Shown: positions 31,426-44,393 of the stretch, piece after piece
How positions within the stretch are numbered: the stretch's first letter is position 1
Layout of the letters: the number at the start of each line of letters is the position of its first letter
Translations under genes and position numbers: made by a program
Notes under the pieces: model-generated
Database searches by the model: none
Seen by the model: the letters and a program-made list of their open reading frames with translations, nothing else
Told to the model about the DNA's origin: nothing
Assembly: GCA_963728205.1 (NCBI GenBank)
Contig: CAVSIV010000006.1
Coordinates: 1,808,145-1,872,144 of the forward strand
Reading direction: 5' to 3'
Length of the DNA: 64,000 bases
Source of the DNA: an uncultured Chloroflexia bacterium
GTDB taxonomy: Bacteria > Chloroflexota > Dehalococcoidia > UBA2979

Positions 31426-32622
31426 GTGAGCACCACGACCGATGTCCCCCAGCACGCCCCGCTCCCCCTGCTCGTCCTCGGCCACGGCCGGGACCTGGCC
31501 AGTGAGCGAGGCGTGGAGTGTCCCGGTGACCTCCCGGCCCCCTCGGACCCCGGGCTGGTCGAGCGGGCGCGCGCGGCCAAGGAGGCGCTCGGCGACCGGG
31601 TCTTCGTCCTGGGCCACCACTACCAGCGTGACGAGGTCATCGAGTTCGCCGACGTGACCGGCGACTCCTTCAAGCTGGCCAAGGAGGCGGCGGCCCGTCC
31701 GGAGGCGGAGTGGGTCGTCTTCTGCGGCGTGCACTTCATGGCGGAGTCCGCCGACATCCTCACGAGCGACACCCAGACCGTCATCCTGCCCGACCTCGCG
31801 GCCGGATGCTCGATGGCCGACATGGCCGCGATCGACCAGGTCGAGGAGTGCTGGGACGAGCTCGCCGAGGCCGGGGTCGCCGACGTCACGGTGCCCGTGA
31901 CCTACATGAACTCCTCAGCGGCGATCAAGGCGTTCACCGGCCGCCACGGCGGCACGATCTGCACCTCGTCCAACGCCAGGACGGCCCTGACGTGGGCCTG
32001 GACAAGGTCGGCGAGGGCGGCAAGGTGCTGTTCCTGCCCGACCAGCACCTCGGGCGCAACACCTGGGCCCGGGACCTGGGCGGGTCGCTGGACAGCTGCG
32101 TGGTCTGGGACCCCCACCGCCCGATGGGTGGCCTGCACGGTCGAGCAGCTCCGCGCCGCCACGATGATCCTGTGGCGGGGTCACTGCTCGGTGCACGGAC
32201 GCTTCTCCGTCGAGGCTGTCGAGGCCGCCCGGCGGCAGATCCCCGACGTCAAGGTGATCGTGCACCCCGAGTGCCGCAACGAGGTCGTCGAGCTCGCCGA
32301 CGAGGTCGGCTCCACCGAGAAGATCATCAAGACGATCTCCGCGGCCCCGGCTGGCACGGCATGGGCCGTGGGCACCGAGCTCAACCTCGTGAAGAGGCTG
32401 GCCGCGCAGTTCCCGGAGCAGCAGATCGTCTTCCTCGAGAAGAACGTCTGCTACTGCTCCACGATGAACCGGATCGACCTTCCGCACCTGGTGTGGGCCC
32501 TGGAGTCACTCGTCGACGGCCGCGTCGTCAACCCCATCCGTGTCGACGCCGAGGTCGCCGAGCAGGCGCGGGTCGCGCTCGACCAGATGCTCGCCCTCCC
32601 GGGCGAGACCGCCAAGGACTGA
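31426..32622 (+). CDS. nadA: Quinolinate synthase (two compensating frameshifts ~32000-32135)
   Basis: GHHYQ, GDSF, FCGVHFMAE, AGCSMAD, YMNS, CTSSN, CSVH and HPEC motifs. Confidence 0.95.
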   Translation: MSTTTDVPQHAPLPLLVLGHGRDLASERGVECPGDLPAPSDPGLVERARAAKEALGDRVFVLGHHYQRDEVIEFADVTGDSFKLAKEAAARPEAEWVVFCGVHFMAESADILTSDTQTVILPDLAAGCSMADMAAIDQVEECWDELAEAGVADVTVPVTYMNSSAAIKAFTGRHGGTICTSSNARTALTWAWTRSARAARCCSCPTSTSGATPGPGTWAGRWTAAWSGTPTARWVACTVEQLRAATMILWRGHCSVHGRFSVEAVEAARRQIPDVKVIVHPECRNEVVELADEVGSTEKIIKTISAAPAGTAWAVGTELNLVKRLAAQFPEQQIVFLEKNVCYCSTMNRIDLPHLVWALESLVDGRVVNPIRVDAEVAEQARVALDQMLALPGETAKD

Positions 32623-32642
32623 CCCACCGCCATCCCCTGGCG

Positions 32643-33688
32643 TCACGGGGCGAGGACGAGGCCGTCGGGCCCGAGGTGGGGGTTGTGGTCCGTGGGGACC
32701 CGCTCCGGCTCCGAGTCGGCCGGTGGCCCGGGCGGGGTCCCGTCCCCGAACGGCGAGCCCCCGAGGCCCTCGCGACCGTGGGGGGTGCCCCAGCCGGCCA
32801 GGTCCGGGCCGGCCGGGACGACACCGCGTCGGGTTGATGTCGCGGTGGACCTCGTAGTAGTGGCTCTTGATCTGCACGAAGTCCGTGGTGTCGCCGAAGC
32901 CCGGCGTCTGGAACAGGTCGCGGGCATACGCCCACAGCACCGGCATCTCGGTGAGCTTGGTGCGGTTGCACTTGAAGTGGCCGTGGTAGACCGCGTCGAA
33001 GCGGGCCAGGGTGGTGAAGAGCCGCACGTCGGCCTCGGTGACGCGTGTCCCCGACGAGGTAGCGCCGCGTCGACAGGCGGTCCTCGAGCCAGTCCAGGGC
33101 GGTCGAACAACCGCTCGTACGCCGCGTCGTAGGACCGCTGGGTGCCCGCGAAGCCGCACCGGTAGACCCCGTTGTTCACCTCGGTGTAGACGCGGGCGTT
33201 CACCTCGTCGATCTCGTCCCGGTGCTGCTCGGGGTAGAGGTCGGGGGCGCCGTGCGGTGGTGCTCGGTCCACTGGGTGGTGAGGTCGAGGGTCATGACGG
33301 GGAAGTCGTTGGTCACGACCTCGCCGCTCGGGACGTCGACGATCGCCGGCACGGTGATCCCCCGGGGGTAGCCCGGCCGGCGCGCCTCGTAGGCGTCCTT
33401 GAGCCGCGGGATGCCCAGCACCGGATCGACCTCGCCAGGGTCCAGGTCGAAGGTCCAGCTGTCGGCGTCGTGGGTGGGACCGCACAGGCCCATCGAGAGC
33501 ACGTCCTCGAGCCCGAGGAGCCGGCGGACGATGATCGCGCGGTTGGCCCACGGGCAGGCCCGGGCGACGACGAGCCGGTAGCGACCGGGCTCGACCGGCC
33601 AGTCCCCCGTGCCGTCGGCGGTGATCCGGTCGGTGATGTAGGTCGTGTCGCGTTGGAACTCGGGCTCGACGTAGCTGGCCTGGCTCAC
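32643..33688 (-). CDS. Glutathionyl-hydroquinone reductase (YqjG/ECM4-like GST; frameshifts)
   Basis: ACPWA, ITVP, VNNGVY.CGFA, TEADVRLFTTLARFD and IKSHYY motifs. Confidence 0.88.
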
Positions 33689-35060
33689 TCGCGACCCTCC
33701 CTCGGCAGCGCCCCGAGCCGGGCGAGCAGCACGGCCTCTGCCACGCACACCCGCTCGAACTCGCCCAGGTGCAGGGACTCGTTGGCTCCGTGGGCGCGGG
33801 CGTCGGGGTCCTCGACTCCGGTGACGAGGATCGCCGCCTCGGGGAACTGCGAGGCGAAGGCCGCGACGAACGGGATCGACCCGCCGACGCCGATGTCGAC
33901 CGGCTCGCACCCCCCACGCGTCGTGGAATGCCGCTCGCGCCTGGTCGTAGACCGGACCCTCGGCGTCCGCTGCGAAGCCCAGGCCACCCTCGTCGAACGT
34001 CACCTCCACCTTGGCGCCCCACGGCGCGTGCTCGAGCAGGTGGGTGCGAAGCAGCTCGAAGGCCTCGGTGTCGACCTCGTCGGGCGCGATGCGCATCGAG
34101 ACCTTGGCGGCCGCCGTCGGCACGAGGGTGTTCGACGAGGTCGCGATGGTCGGTGCGTCGATGCCGATCGTCGTGATCGACGGCTTGGTCCAGAGCCGGG
34201 ACAGCAGCGAGCCCGAGCCGATCGTCGAGACCCCGTCGAGGAGCCCGGACTCGCCGCGAAGCCGCTCCTCCGAGAAGTCGAGGTCCGCGGCCCGGCCGGA
34301 TCGAAGACCCTCGACGGCGACGTTGCCCTCGTCGTCGTGCAGGGTCGCGAGCAGCCGCACGAGAGCGGTGATCGCGTCAGGCACCGCTCCTCCGAACATT
34401 CCCGAGTGCACGCCGTGGTCGAGGGTGGAGACGGTGACGACCACCCGCACCATGCCGCGCAGGGTCGTCGTGAGCGCGGGTTCGCCGATGTCCCAGTTGG
34501 TCGAGTCGGCGAGGACGATGGCGTCGGCGCGCAGCCTCTCTCCGTGACGCTCGAGGATCCTCGGCAGTGACTCCGACCCGATCTCCTCCTCGCCCTCGAC
34601 GAACACGGTGACACCCACGGGGAGCGACCCGGCGTGGGCCCGCAGGGCGGCGATGTGCGCCATGACGCCGGCCTTGTCGTCGGCGGCGCCGCGGCCGTAG
34701 AGCCGACCGCCACGCTCGGTGGGCTCGAACGCCGGGCTGTCCCACAGCGCCTCGTCCCCGGGCGGTTGCACGTCGTGGTGCGCGTAGAGCATGACCGTGG
34801 GCGAGCCGGGCGGCCCGTCCACGTGCGCGATCACCGCAGGACGCCCGCCCTCCCGGACGATGTCGACGTCGAGGCCTTCAGCACGCAGCAGGGCAGCGGT
34901 CGCCTCGGCACTGGCCTCGACCTGCGCCTGGTCGAAGGCGTCCAGCGACACGCTCGGGATGCGGGTGAGCGCCTCGAGGTCGCTGCGGACCTGCGGCATG
35001 AGGTCGGCGATGGTCTCGCGGAGGGCGGCGATCTGGTCAGCGGGGAGTCACGTCGGTCAC
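33685..35060 (-). CDS. M20 family dipeptidase (frameshifts)
   Basis: YAHHDVQP, GRGAADDK, EGEEE, HSG, GGSIP and HGANE motifs. Confidence 0.9.
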
Positions 35061-35142
35061 CCCGAGACCTTACCCAGCGCATCCGCGCGGGCGTGTCCGG
35101 ACGCGTGCACGGCATCCCCGGTGGTGCGCCTACAGTGGAGGG

Positions 35143-35718
35143 GTGTTCGGACGCAGCAAGACGACCAACGACCAGCTCGTCGACGAGGCCCACCCCCAGC
35201 GTGAGGGCGCCAAGAACCGCCCCACGCCGAAGCGGCGCGACCAGGAGGCCGCCCGCAAGCAACCCCTCGTGAACGCCGACCGCAAGCAGGCCAAGCAGGT
35301 CGACAAGGCCAAGCGGGGCGAGCAGGCGGCACGCACCCGCAAGGCCATGATCACCGGCGCGGAGGCCGACCTGCCCCCGCGCGACAAGGGGCCGGTGCGA
35401 CGCTACGTCCGCGACTACATCGACGCCAGGCGCAACCTCGCCGAGTTCATGCTGCCGGTGATGCTCGTCGTCCTCGCGCTCAGCTTCTTCCGCACGAGCA
35501 CGATCCTGCTCATGGTCACGGCCCTGACCTACACGATCCTGGGTATCGCCATCCTCGACACCTTCCTCATGTGGCGACGGCTGAAGGGCAACCTGGACGA
35601 GAAGTTCGGCGAGGGCACCGGGAAGGGCAACGGGATGTATGCCGCGATGCGCGCCTTCCAGATGCGCCGGACGCGGATGCCCCGGCCTCAGGTGCAGCGC
35701 GGCCAGTTCCCCAGCTGA
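35143..35718 (+). CDS. DUF3043 membrane protein
   Basis: KNRPTPKR, RDKGPVRRYVRDYIDARR and YAAMRA.Q.RR.RMPRPQV motifs. Confidence 0.88.
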   Translation: MFGRSKTTNDQLVDEAHPQREGAKNRPTPKRRDQEAARKQPLVNADRKQAKQVDKAKRGEQAARTRKAMITGAEADLPPRDKGPVRRYVRDYIDARRNLAEFMLPVMLVVLALSFFRTSTILLMVTALTYTILGIAILDTFLMWRRLKGNLDEKFGEGTGKGNGMYAAMRAFQMRRTRMPRPQVQRGQFPS

Positions 35719-35868
35719 ACCACCCCCGGGAGCGGCGATCTCCCGCCCCACGGCCCCCAGGCGCACGCCGCGCCGGTGGACAGGTTTCGTCGATGTGGCC
35801 ATGGATGCGGCACCATGGAAGCTGGTGCAGGTTGCGCCAGGAGCCACGGAAGGGTACACGGCAGGACG

Positions 35869-37288
35869 ATGGGGACGCGCAGGAGGGTACTGCTGACCAC
35901 GGCGATCGCGGTGCCGATGGTCATCGGTGCGGCCGGGGTGGCGTACGCGAACCACTACCAGGAGCGCGCCCTGCCCGGGAGCAGCGTCGCCGGCGTGTCA
36001 GTGGCCGGAATGACCCGTGCCGACGTCACGGAGTCGGTGCGCGATCGCGCCACGGGTGTGACGATCACGGTCGACGCCGACGGCACCACGCAGACCGAGC
36101 ACCTCGCCGACCTCGGCTACACGGTCGACGTCGACGCCACCGTGGACGCGGTCTTCGCCCCCAACCAGTCCTGGGCCTCCTACGCGACCTCGCTCGTCTC
36201 CTCCAACGACGTGGCCGCCGTGGTCGTGACCGACCCCACCACCGTCGACGAGGTCGCCACCGAGCTGGTCGAGCGGTCCGACAGGGTCGGCCGGAACGCC
36301 AGCGTGGGGCTCGACGCCGACACGACGTCCTTCGAGGTCACCCCGGCGGTCGCCGGCCACACGGTCGCTCCGGAGAGCTTCCAGGACGTCGTCGAGGACG
36401 CGGCCCGGACGCTGTCGCCCGCCACGGCCGACGTGACGTTCGTCGAGACCACCCCCACGGTGACGACGGGAGCGGCCGAGAAGGTCGCCACGAAGGCCAA
36501 CGCGATCGCCTCCGCCACACTCACCGTGTCCGACGGCTCAGAGAGCCACTCGCCCTCGGCGACGGTGCGTGCGTCCTGGGTGAGCGTCCCGACCACCGAC
36601 GGAGTCCCGGGCAGCCCGACCCTGGATGCCGAAGAAGGTCCAGTCCTGGGTGGGCTCCCTGGCCGAGGACGCGAAGACCGAGCCACACTCCGGCCTGCGC
36701 AACGTCAGCGCCGCCGGCGCGGTGCTCAGCGTCGTCGACGAGGCCCGCGACGGACGGGTCGTGTCCAATGCCGACGCGCTCGCCACGGCGGCCACGAAGG
36801 CGCTCGCGGCCGGCAAGGACTACTCGGGCGACTTCGAGTACGACACGCTCGCCGCGACCTGGAACCAGCGCACGGTCGCGGTCGGGGCCGAGAAGCTCGC
36901 GTATCCCGCGGCCGAGGGCGAGAAGTGGATCGACGTCGACCTCACCAAGCACACGATGACCGCGTACGTGGGGGCCAAGGTCGTCAGGGGCCCGATCACG
37001 ATGGTCGACGGGGCCGGCGAGACCCCCACCGTCGTCGGCACCTTCAAGGTCTACCTCAAGAACCCCCTGATGACGATGCGGGGTACCAACGCGGACGGCA
37101 CCCCGTACGAGACCGAGGACGTGCCGTGGACCTCGTTCTTCCACCGCGGCTACGCCCTCCACGGGGCACCGTGGCGCTCCTCGTTCGGCTACTCGGCGTC
37201 ACACGGGTGCATCAACCTGCCGGTGGACGTGGCGAAGTGGATCTACGACTTCGCACCGATCGGCACCCCGGTGACCACCCACCGGTGA
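35869..37288 (+). CDS. L,D-transpeptidase with VanW/PG-binding N-terminal region (frameshift ~36630)
   Basis: N-terminal anchor; 'KWIDVDL', 'TVVGTF' and 'ALHGAPW...SHGCINL'. Confidence 0.9.
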
Positions 37289-37330
37289 GCCGCCGGCTCG
37301 TCGTTCTCCGGGTCTCGTCGTGCTCCGGGG

Positions 37331-37546
37331 CTACGTGGGCGTCTCCAGGCTCATCGGGCCGTAGACCTTCTCCCCGTCACGGTGCAGCGTGACTGCGGCC
37401 ACGCCGGCATCGGACAGTTCGTGCCACACCTCGCCGAACCAGCTCTCGGCGTCGGACTGGGTGGGGAAGGCCGTGTCGGCCAGGGGCGCGCCGCTCATCT
37501 CGGCACCCTCGCCGTCCTCGTAGGTCCAGCTCCAGGCCTCGCTCAT
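37331..37546 (-). CDS. Small conserved hypothetical protein
   Basis: '[14 protein letters not shown]...GV..VTL...VYGPMSL'; coupled to gcvT. Confidence 0.78.
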   Translation of the reverse strand: MSEAWSWTYEDGEGAEMSGAPLADTAFPTQSDAESWFGEVWHELSDAGVAAVTLHRDGEKVYGPMSLETPT

Positions 37547-38646
37547 GACTGCCGCACCCCCACCTCGACGAACGGAGGCTTGCTCACCGTCGCCGGCACG
37601 GCCCGCCCCCGCACGTCGACGACGACGTCGTCGCCGAGGGTGACCGAACGGTCGAGGAGGGCGAGCGCGACGCCCTGGCGACGGGTCGGGGAGAAGGTTC
37701 CCGAGGTGACCTCCCCCACCACGGCGCCCGTGGAGTCCCGGACCTCACAGTGCGGGCGTGGGATCCCGCGCCCGGTCACGACCAGCCCCCGCATCAGCCG
37801 GGTCTGCTTGGCGGCGCGCTCGGCCGTGAGGCTCTCCTTGCCCCAGAAGCTCTCCTTGTCCCAGCCGACGGCCCAGGCAGCGCCCGCCATGACGGGCGTG
37901 ATGTCGAGCGACAGGTCGTTACCGTGGAGCGGGTAACCCATCTCGGTGCGCAGGGTGTCGCGCGCCCCCAGGCCGCACGGCTTGCCGTCCTGCTTGCCCA
38001 CGGCTTCCACGAGGGCGTCCCAGACCGCGCCCGCGACGTCCCACGGCGGGACGATCTCGTAGCCCCGCTCCCCCGTGTAGCCCGTGCGGCAGACGATGAC
38101 GGGCAGGTCGTCCCAGCTCGTCTCCACGAAGCTCATGTAGTCGTGGTCGACGGGGAGACCGAGACTGCGCAACACCTCGTCGGATCGTGGGCCCTGGACG
38201 GCGATGACGCCGTAGCGGTCGTGGAGGTTCTCCACCACGACCCCGGGGGGCGCGGCGGCCGCGAGGAGGTCGACGACCCGACCGGTGTTGGCGGCATTCG
38301 GGATGAGGAAGACGTCCTCGTCCGACCGGAGGTAGGCGATGAGGTCGTCGACGACCCCGCCGGAGTCGACGCAGCACATCGTGTACTGCGCCTGCCCCGG
38401 GCCGATCCGCCGCAGGTCGTTGGTCAGGCAGGCGTTGACGAAGTCGGCGGCGCCGGGCCCGGAGACCCGCGCCTTGCCCAGGTGGGAGACGTCGAAGATG
38501 CCGACCCGTTCCCGCACCGCCGTGTGCTCGGCGACGACACCACCCCCCGGGTACTCGATGGGCATGGACCATCCGCCGAAGTCGGCCATCTTGGCGCCGA
38601 GCGCGACGTGCCGGTCATGGAGCGGCGAGCGAAGGAGGTCGGTCAT
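37543..38646 (-). CDS. gcvT: Glycine cleavage system aminomethyltransferase T
   Basis: SPLH, FGGWSMP, FDVSHLG, RTGYTGE.G.E and [13 protein letters not shown] motifs. Confidence 0.95.
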   Translation of the reverse strand: MTDLLRSPLHDRHVALGAKMADFGGWSMPIEYPGGGVVAEHTAVRERVGIFDVSHLGKARVSGPGAADFVNACLTNDLRRIGPGQAQYTMCCVDSGGVVDDLIAYLRSDEDVFLIPNAANTGRVVDLLAAAAPPGVVVENLHDRYGVIAVQGPRSDEVLRSLGLPVDHDYMSFVETSWDDLPVIVCRTGYTGERGYEIVPPWDVAGAVWDALVEAVGKQDGKPCGLGARDTLRTEMGYPLHGNDLSLDITPVMAGAAWAVGWDKESFWGKESLTAERAAKQTRLMRGLVVTGRGIPRPHCEVRDSTGAVVGEVTSGTFSPTRRQGVALALLDRSVTLGDDVVVDVRGRAVPATVSKPPFVEVGVRQS

Positions 38647-38701
38647 GCTCGGCACGTTACCGCGTGGCGGGCGCCATCGGCGCGGTCGCTAGTCTGACGC
38701 C

Positions 38702-40231
38702 ATGACCTCCTTGTCGCTCACCACCCGTACCCCTGCCGAGATCGCCGTCGAGGCCCTCGTCGTCGGCTCGGTCAGCACCCCCGACGGTCCGGACCTGGCC
38801 ACCGGTCACGGACTCCCCCGCAAGGCGGTCGTGCACCTCCAGGCGGTGCTGTCCGACCTCGACGCGACCGGGCGGGCCGACGAGGTGCTCCGCGTGGTCG
38901 CGGTGCCCGGCGTCAAGGCGACCTCCGTCGTGCTCACCGGTCTCGGTGAGGGCACCACGACCCGTCCCTCCTACCCGCACCCCGCCCTGCGCCGCGCCGC
39001 TGGCGTGGCACTGCGCACGGTGCGCGGCAAGAAGTCCGTCGCGGTCGCGCTGCCCACCCCCGACGTCGAGAGCCTGTCGGCGGTCGCCGACGGGGCGTAC
39101 GCCGGCTGCTACGTCTACGACAAGGGCGCACCCCTGACCTTCGGCCGCCGCGGCGCGGCCAAGGGCGCGAGCTCCGTGGGCGCGGGGCCGCGCGTCGTCG
39201 TCGTCTCCGGCACGGGCCAGGGCAGGGCGGCCAAGGATGCCGTCTCCCGCGCCGCCGTCCTGGGGTCGGCCCGCGACTGGGCGCGCGATCTCGTCAACAC
39301 CCCGCCCAACCTCCTCTACCCCCAGTCCTTCGCGGACAACGTCAAGAAGCGGGCGACGGCATCGACCGCCAAGCTCACCGTGTCGGTCCTGGACGACAAG
39401 GCCCTCGGCAAGGGAGGCTTCGGCGGCATCGTCGGCGTCGGCCAGGGGTCGGCCAACCCGCCGCGCATCGTCACGATGTCGTGGTCACCTCCGGACGCGA
39501 CCGGTTCGGTCGCACTCGTCGGCAAGGGCATCACGTTCGACTCGGGGGGTCTGAACATCAAGCCCTCGAGCGGCATGGTGACGATGAAGTGCGACATGGC
39601 GGGCGCCGCAGCCGTCGCCGCGGCCGTGCTCGCCGCCGCGGAGCTCGACCTGCCCGTCGCGGTCACCGGCTACCTCTGCCTCGCCGAGAACATGCCGAGC
39701 GGCACCGCCCAGCGCCCGAGCGACGTCGTCGTCATGCGTGACGGCACCAGCGTCGAGATCCTGGACACCGACGCGGAGGGACGGATGGTCCTCGGCGACG
39801 GCATCTGCCTGGCGAGCGAGAAGTCCCCCGACTGGATCGTCGACATCGCGACGCTCACGGGCGCGCAGGTGGTGGCCCTGGGCACCGACATCGCCGGGGT
39901 CATGGGCAACGACGACGACTTCCGTGGCACGGTCGTGGCAGCGGCGGACCGCGCGGGCGAGGGCGCCTGGCCCATGCCCCTCCCGGTGGAGCTGCGGGCC
40001 AAGCTCGACACCCCCACCGCCGACATCGCGCACAAGGGCGACCGCGACGGCGGCATGCTCACCGCCGGACTCTTCCTCAAGGAGTTCGTCGGGGAAGGCA
40101 TCCCCTGGGCCCACGTCGACATCGCGGGCCCGGCGTTCAACGACAAGGGAGCCAAGGGCCACCACCCCAAGGGCGGCACCGGCTTCGGTGTGGGCACGCT
40201 GGTCAGCCTCGTGGAGTCCCACACGCCCTGA
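38702..40231 (+). CDS. pepA: Leucyl aminopeptidase (M17)
   Basis: VGKGITFDSGG, MKCDMAGAA, TDAEGR, DIATLTGA and HVDIAG motifs. Confidence 0.95.
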   Translation: MTSLSLTTRTPAEIAVEALVVGSVSTPDGPDLATGHGLPRKAVVHLQAVLSDLDATGRADEVLRVVAVPGVKATSVVLTGLGEGTTTRPSYPHPALRRAAGVALRTVRGKKSVAVALPTPDVESLSAVADGAYAGCYVYDKGAPLTFGRRGAAKGASSVGAGPRVVVVSGTGQGRAAKDAVSRAAVLGSARDWARDLVNTPPNLLYPQSFADNVKKRATASTAKLTVSVLDDKALGKGGFGGIVGVGQGSANPPRIVTMSWSPPDATGSVALVGKGITFDSGGLNIKPSSGMVTMKCDMAGAAAVAAAVLAAAELDLPVAVTGYLCLAENMPSGTAQRPSDVVVMRDGTSVEILDTDAEGRMVLGDGICLASEKSPDWIVDIATLTGAQVVALGTDIAGVMGNDDDFRGTVVAAADRAGEGAWPMPLPVELRAKLDTPTADIAHKGDRDGGMLTAGLFLKEFVGEGIPWAHVDIAGPAFNDKGAKGHHPKGGTGFGVGTLVSLVESHTP

Positions 40232-40261
40232 CCTCGGGCGCCCGGGGAAGGTCGGGAAGCG

Positions 40262-40452
40262 TCAGCCGCTCTTGCGGCGGAACATCTGCTCGCGCGCCGT
40301 GGTCTCCGGACCGTGCGCGTGGTCGACCTTCGCGTGGTCCGCGTGGTCGGACACGTCCGCTCCCCGTGGGCCTGCTTGGCATCGAGCGCGGCACGGTACT
40401 TCGCCTTGACGTCGTCGTCGACGGCGGGGCGGGGCTTCTTCGCGGCTGACAT
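40262..40452 (-). CDS. DUF5302-like small protein (frameshift)
   Basis: 'DDVKAKYRAALDAK' plus C-terminal 'HGP...FRRKSG'. Confidence 0.7.
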
Positions 40453-40546
40453 GGTGGGTCCTTCCAGCGGGGGCATCGGTCAACCCCACCATGGCAGGCT
40501 CTCGGCTCCGCCTCCACCACGATTCCCGCGCTCCGGGGCGACCGGC

Positions 40547-42411
<1,865 letters not shown>

Positions 42412-42450
42412 AGTGATGTCCGCCACCATCGAAGAAGGAGAGCTGTCCCG

Positions 42451-44371
42451 ATGTCAGAACGCGTGAAGATGCCTGCACTCGGCGAGTCCGTCACCGAGGG
42501 GACCGTGACGCGGTGGCTCAAGAACGTGGGTGACGAGGTCGCCGTCGACGAGCCCCTGCTCGAGGTCTCGACCGACAAGGTCGACACCGAGATCCCCTCC
42601 CCCATCGCCGGGACGCTGCAGGAGATCCTCGTGGAGGAGGATGACACCGTGCCGGTCGGCGCCGACCTCGCCGTCATCGGCGACGGTGACGCCCCCGAGG
42701 GCGACTCGTCCGGGGATCAGGACGCGCAGGACGACTCGGGCTCGGCGGACGAGGCCCCGGCCTCGTCGGACGAGCCCGCCGAGGATGCTCCCGCCGACAA
42801 TGCGGAGTCCGCGGACGACGACGAGGAGGACGACGGCGAAGAGGACCAGCCCGCCGAGGACGAGGGCGGCGAGGAGGACTCCGCGCCTGAACCCTCCGCC
42901 GGGGCGTCCGGCTCCGGCGACGGCACCACCGTGACGATGCCCGCCCTGGGCGAGTCGGTCACCGAGGGGACGATCACCCGTTGGCTCAAGCAGGAGGGCG
43001 ACGAGGTGGCGGTCGACGAGCCCCTGCTCGAGGTCTCCACCGACAAGGTCGACACCGAGATCCCCTCCCCCGTGGCCGGCACCCTGACCTCGATCCTCGT
43101 CCAGGAGGACGAGACGGTGCCCGTCGGTGCCGACCTCGCGGTCGTGGGCGGCAGCGGCGGCGGATCCAGCCAGTCCGAGCCGGAGCAGAAGTCCGAGCCC
43201 GAGCAGAAGTCCGAGCAGAAGTCCGAGTCCGAGTCCGAGCCCGAGCCGGAGCAGGGCCGGAGCCGGAGCAGAAGTCCGAGCCCGAGCCGGAGCCGAGCAG
43301 TCCGCGGAGGCCCCGCCGCAGCAGACCGCCGACGCCGCCGCAGCCAAGGCCGACGATGCCCCGGCAGCGGCGACCTCGACCTCCACCGCGCCCACGCCCC
43401 GGCCGAAGAACGAGAGCGGCGACGCAGCCGCGTACGTCACTCCCCTGGTGCGCAAGCTGGCAGCCGACCACGGCGTCGACCTCTCGAGCATCGAGGGCAC
43501 CGGGATCGGTGGCCGGATCCGCAAGCAGGACGTCGTCGCGGCAGCCGAGGAAACCAAGGCGGCCGAGTCCGCGAAGGAGTCGGCACCGGCGTCCGCGACC
43601 GCTGCAAAGACCTCCACGTCGGGCGGAGCCTCGCGCGCCCCGGCCGAAGGGTCCAAGCGAGGCACGACCGAGAAGATGTCGCGCCTGCGCAAGACCATCG
43701 CGCGCCGGATGGTGGAGTCGCTCCAGACCTCCGCCCAGCTCACCACCGTCGTCGAGGTCGACGTCACCCGCATCGCTCGGCTGCGTGAGCGTGCCAAGGG
43801 CGAGTTCGCGGCGCGGGAGGGCACCAAGCTCAGCTTCCTGCCGTTCTTCGCCCTCGCTGCGGTCGAGGCCCTCAAGGCCCACCCCACGGTCAACGCGAGC
43901 CTCGACGAGGACGAGGTGACCTACCACGGTGCCGAACACCTCGGGATCGCCGTCGACACCGAGAAGGGCCTTCTGGTCCCCGTGATCAGGAATGCCGGCG
44001 ATCTCAACATCGCCGGCCTGGCCCGAGGGATCGCCGAGCTCGCGGACCGGACGCGCAACAACAAGATCACCCCGGACGACCTGGCGGGTGGCACGTTCAC
44101 GATCACCAACACCGGGTCGCGGGGTGCACTCTTCGACACCCCGATCATCAACCAGCCCCAGGTGGCGATCCTGGGCACGGGCGCTGTCGTTCGTCGTGCC
44201 GTGGTCGTCGATGCCGAGGACGGTGGCGAGACGATCGCGATCCGCTCGATGGTCTACCTCGCACTGTCCTACGACCACCGGATCGTCGACGGTGCGGATG
44301 CGGCCCGCTTCCTCACGACGATGAAGCAGCGCCTCGAGGAAGGGGCCTTCGAGGCGTCCCTGGGTCTCTGA
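42451..44371 (+). CDS. sucB: 2-oxoglutarate dehydrogenase E2 / DlaT with two lipoyl domains (frameshift ~43255)
   Basis: Two STDKVD lipoyl domains, E3-binding [18 protein letters not shown] and SYDHRIVDG. Confidence 0.95.
43177..43299 (+). repeat. Low-complexity EPEQKS-coding tandem repeats in the E2 linker
   Basis: Repeated GAGCAGAAGTCC and GAGCC(G/C) units. Confidence 0.7.
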
Positions 44372-44393
44372 CCCGGGCACCTCGAGCACCGAG

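Noticed and set aside
38646-38702. Glycine riboswitch upstream of gcvT
   Set aside because: The intergenic gap is only 55 bp and is filled by two divergent -10 boxes for leaderless starts.
42451-43150. Internal ~230-bp duplication in sucB
   Set aside because: These are the ordinary tandem lipoyl domains of actinobacterial E2.
43177-43299. CRISPR-like or contingency repeat
   Set aside because: These are short codon-phase repeats encoding the flexible E2 linker, with no spacers and no cas genes.
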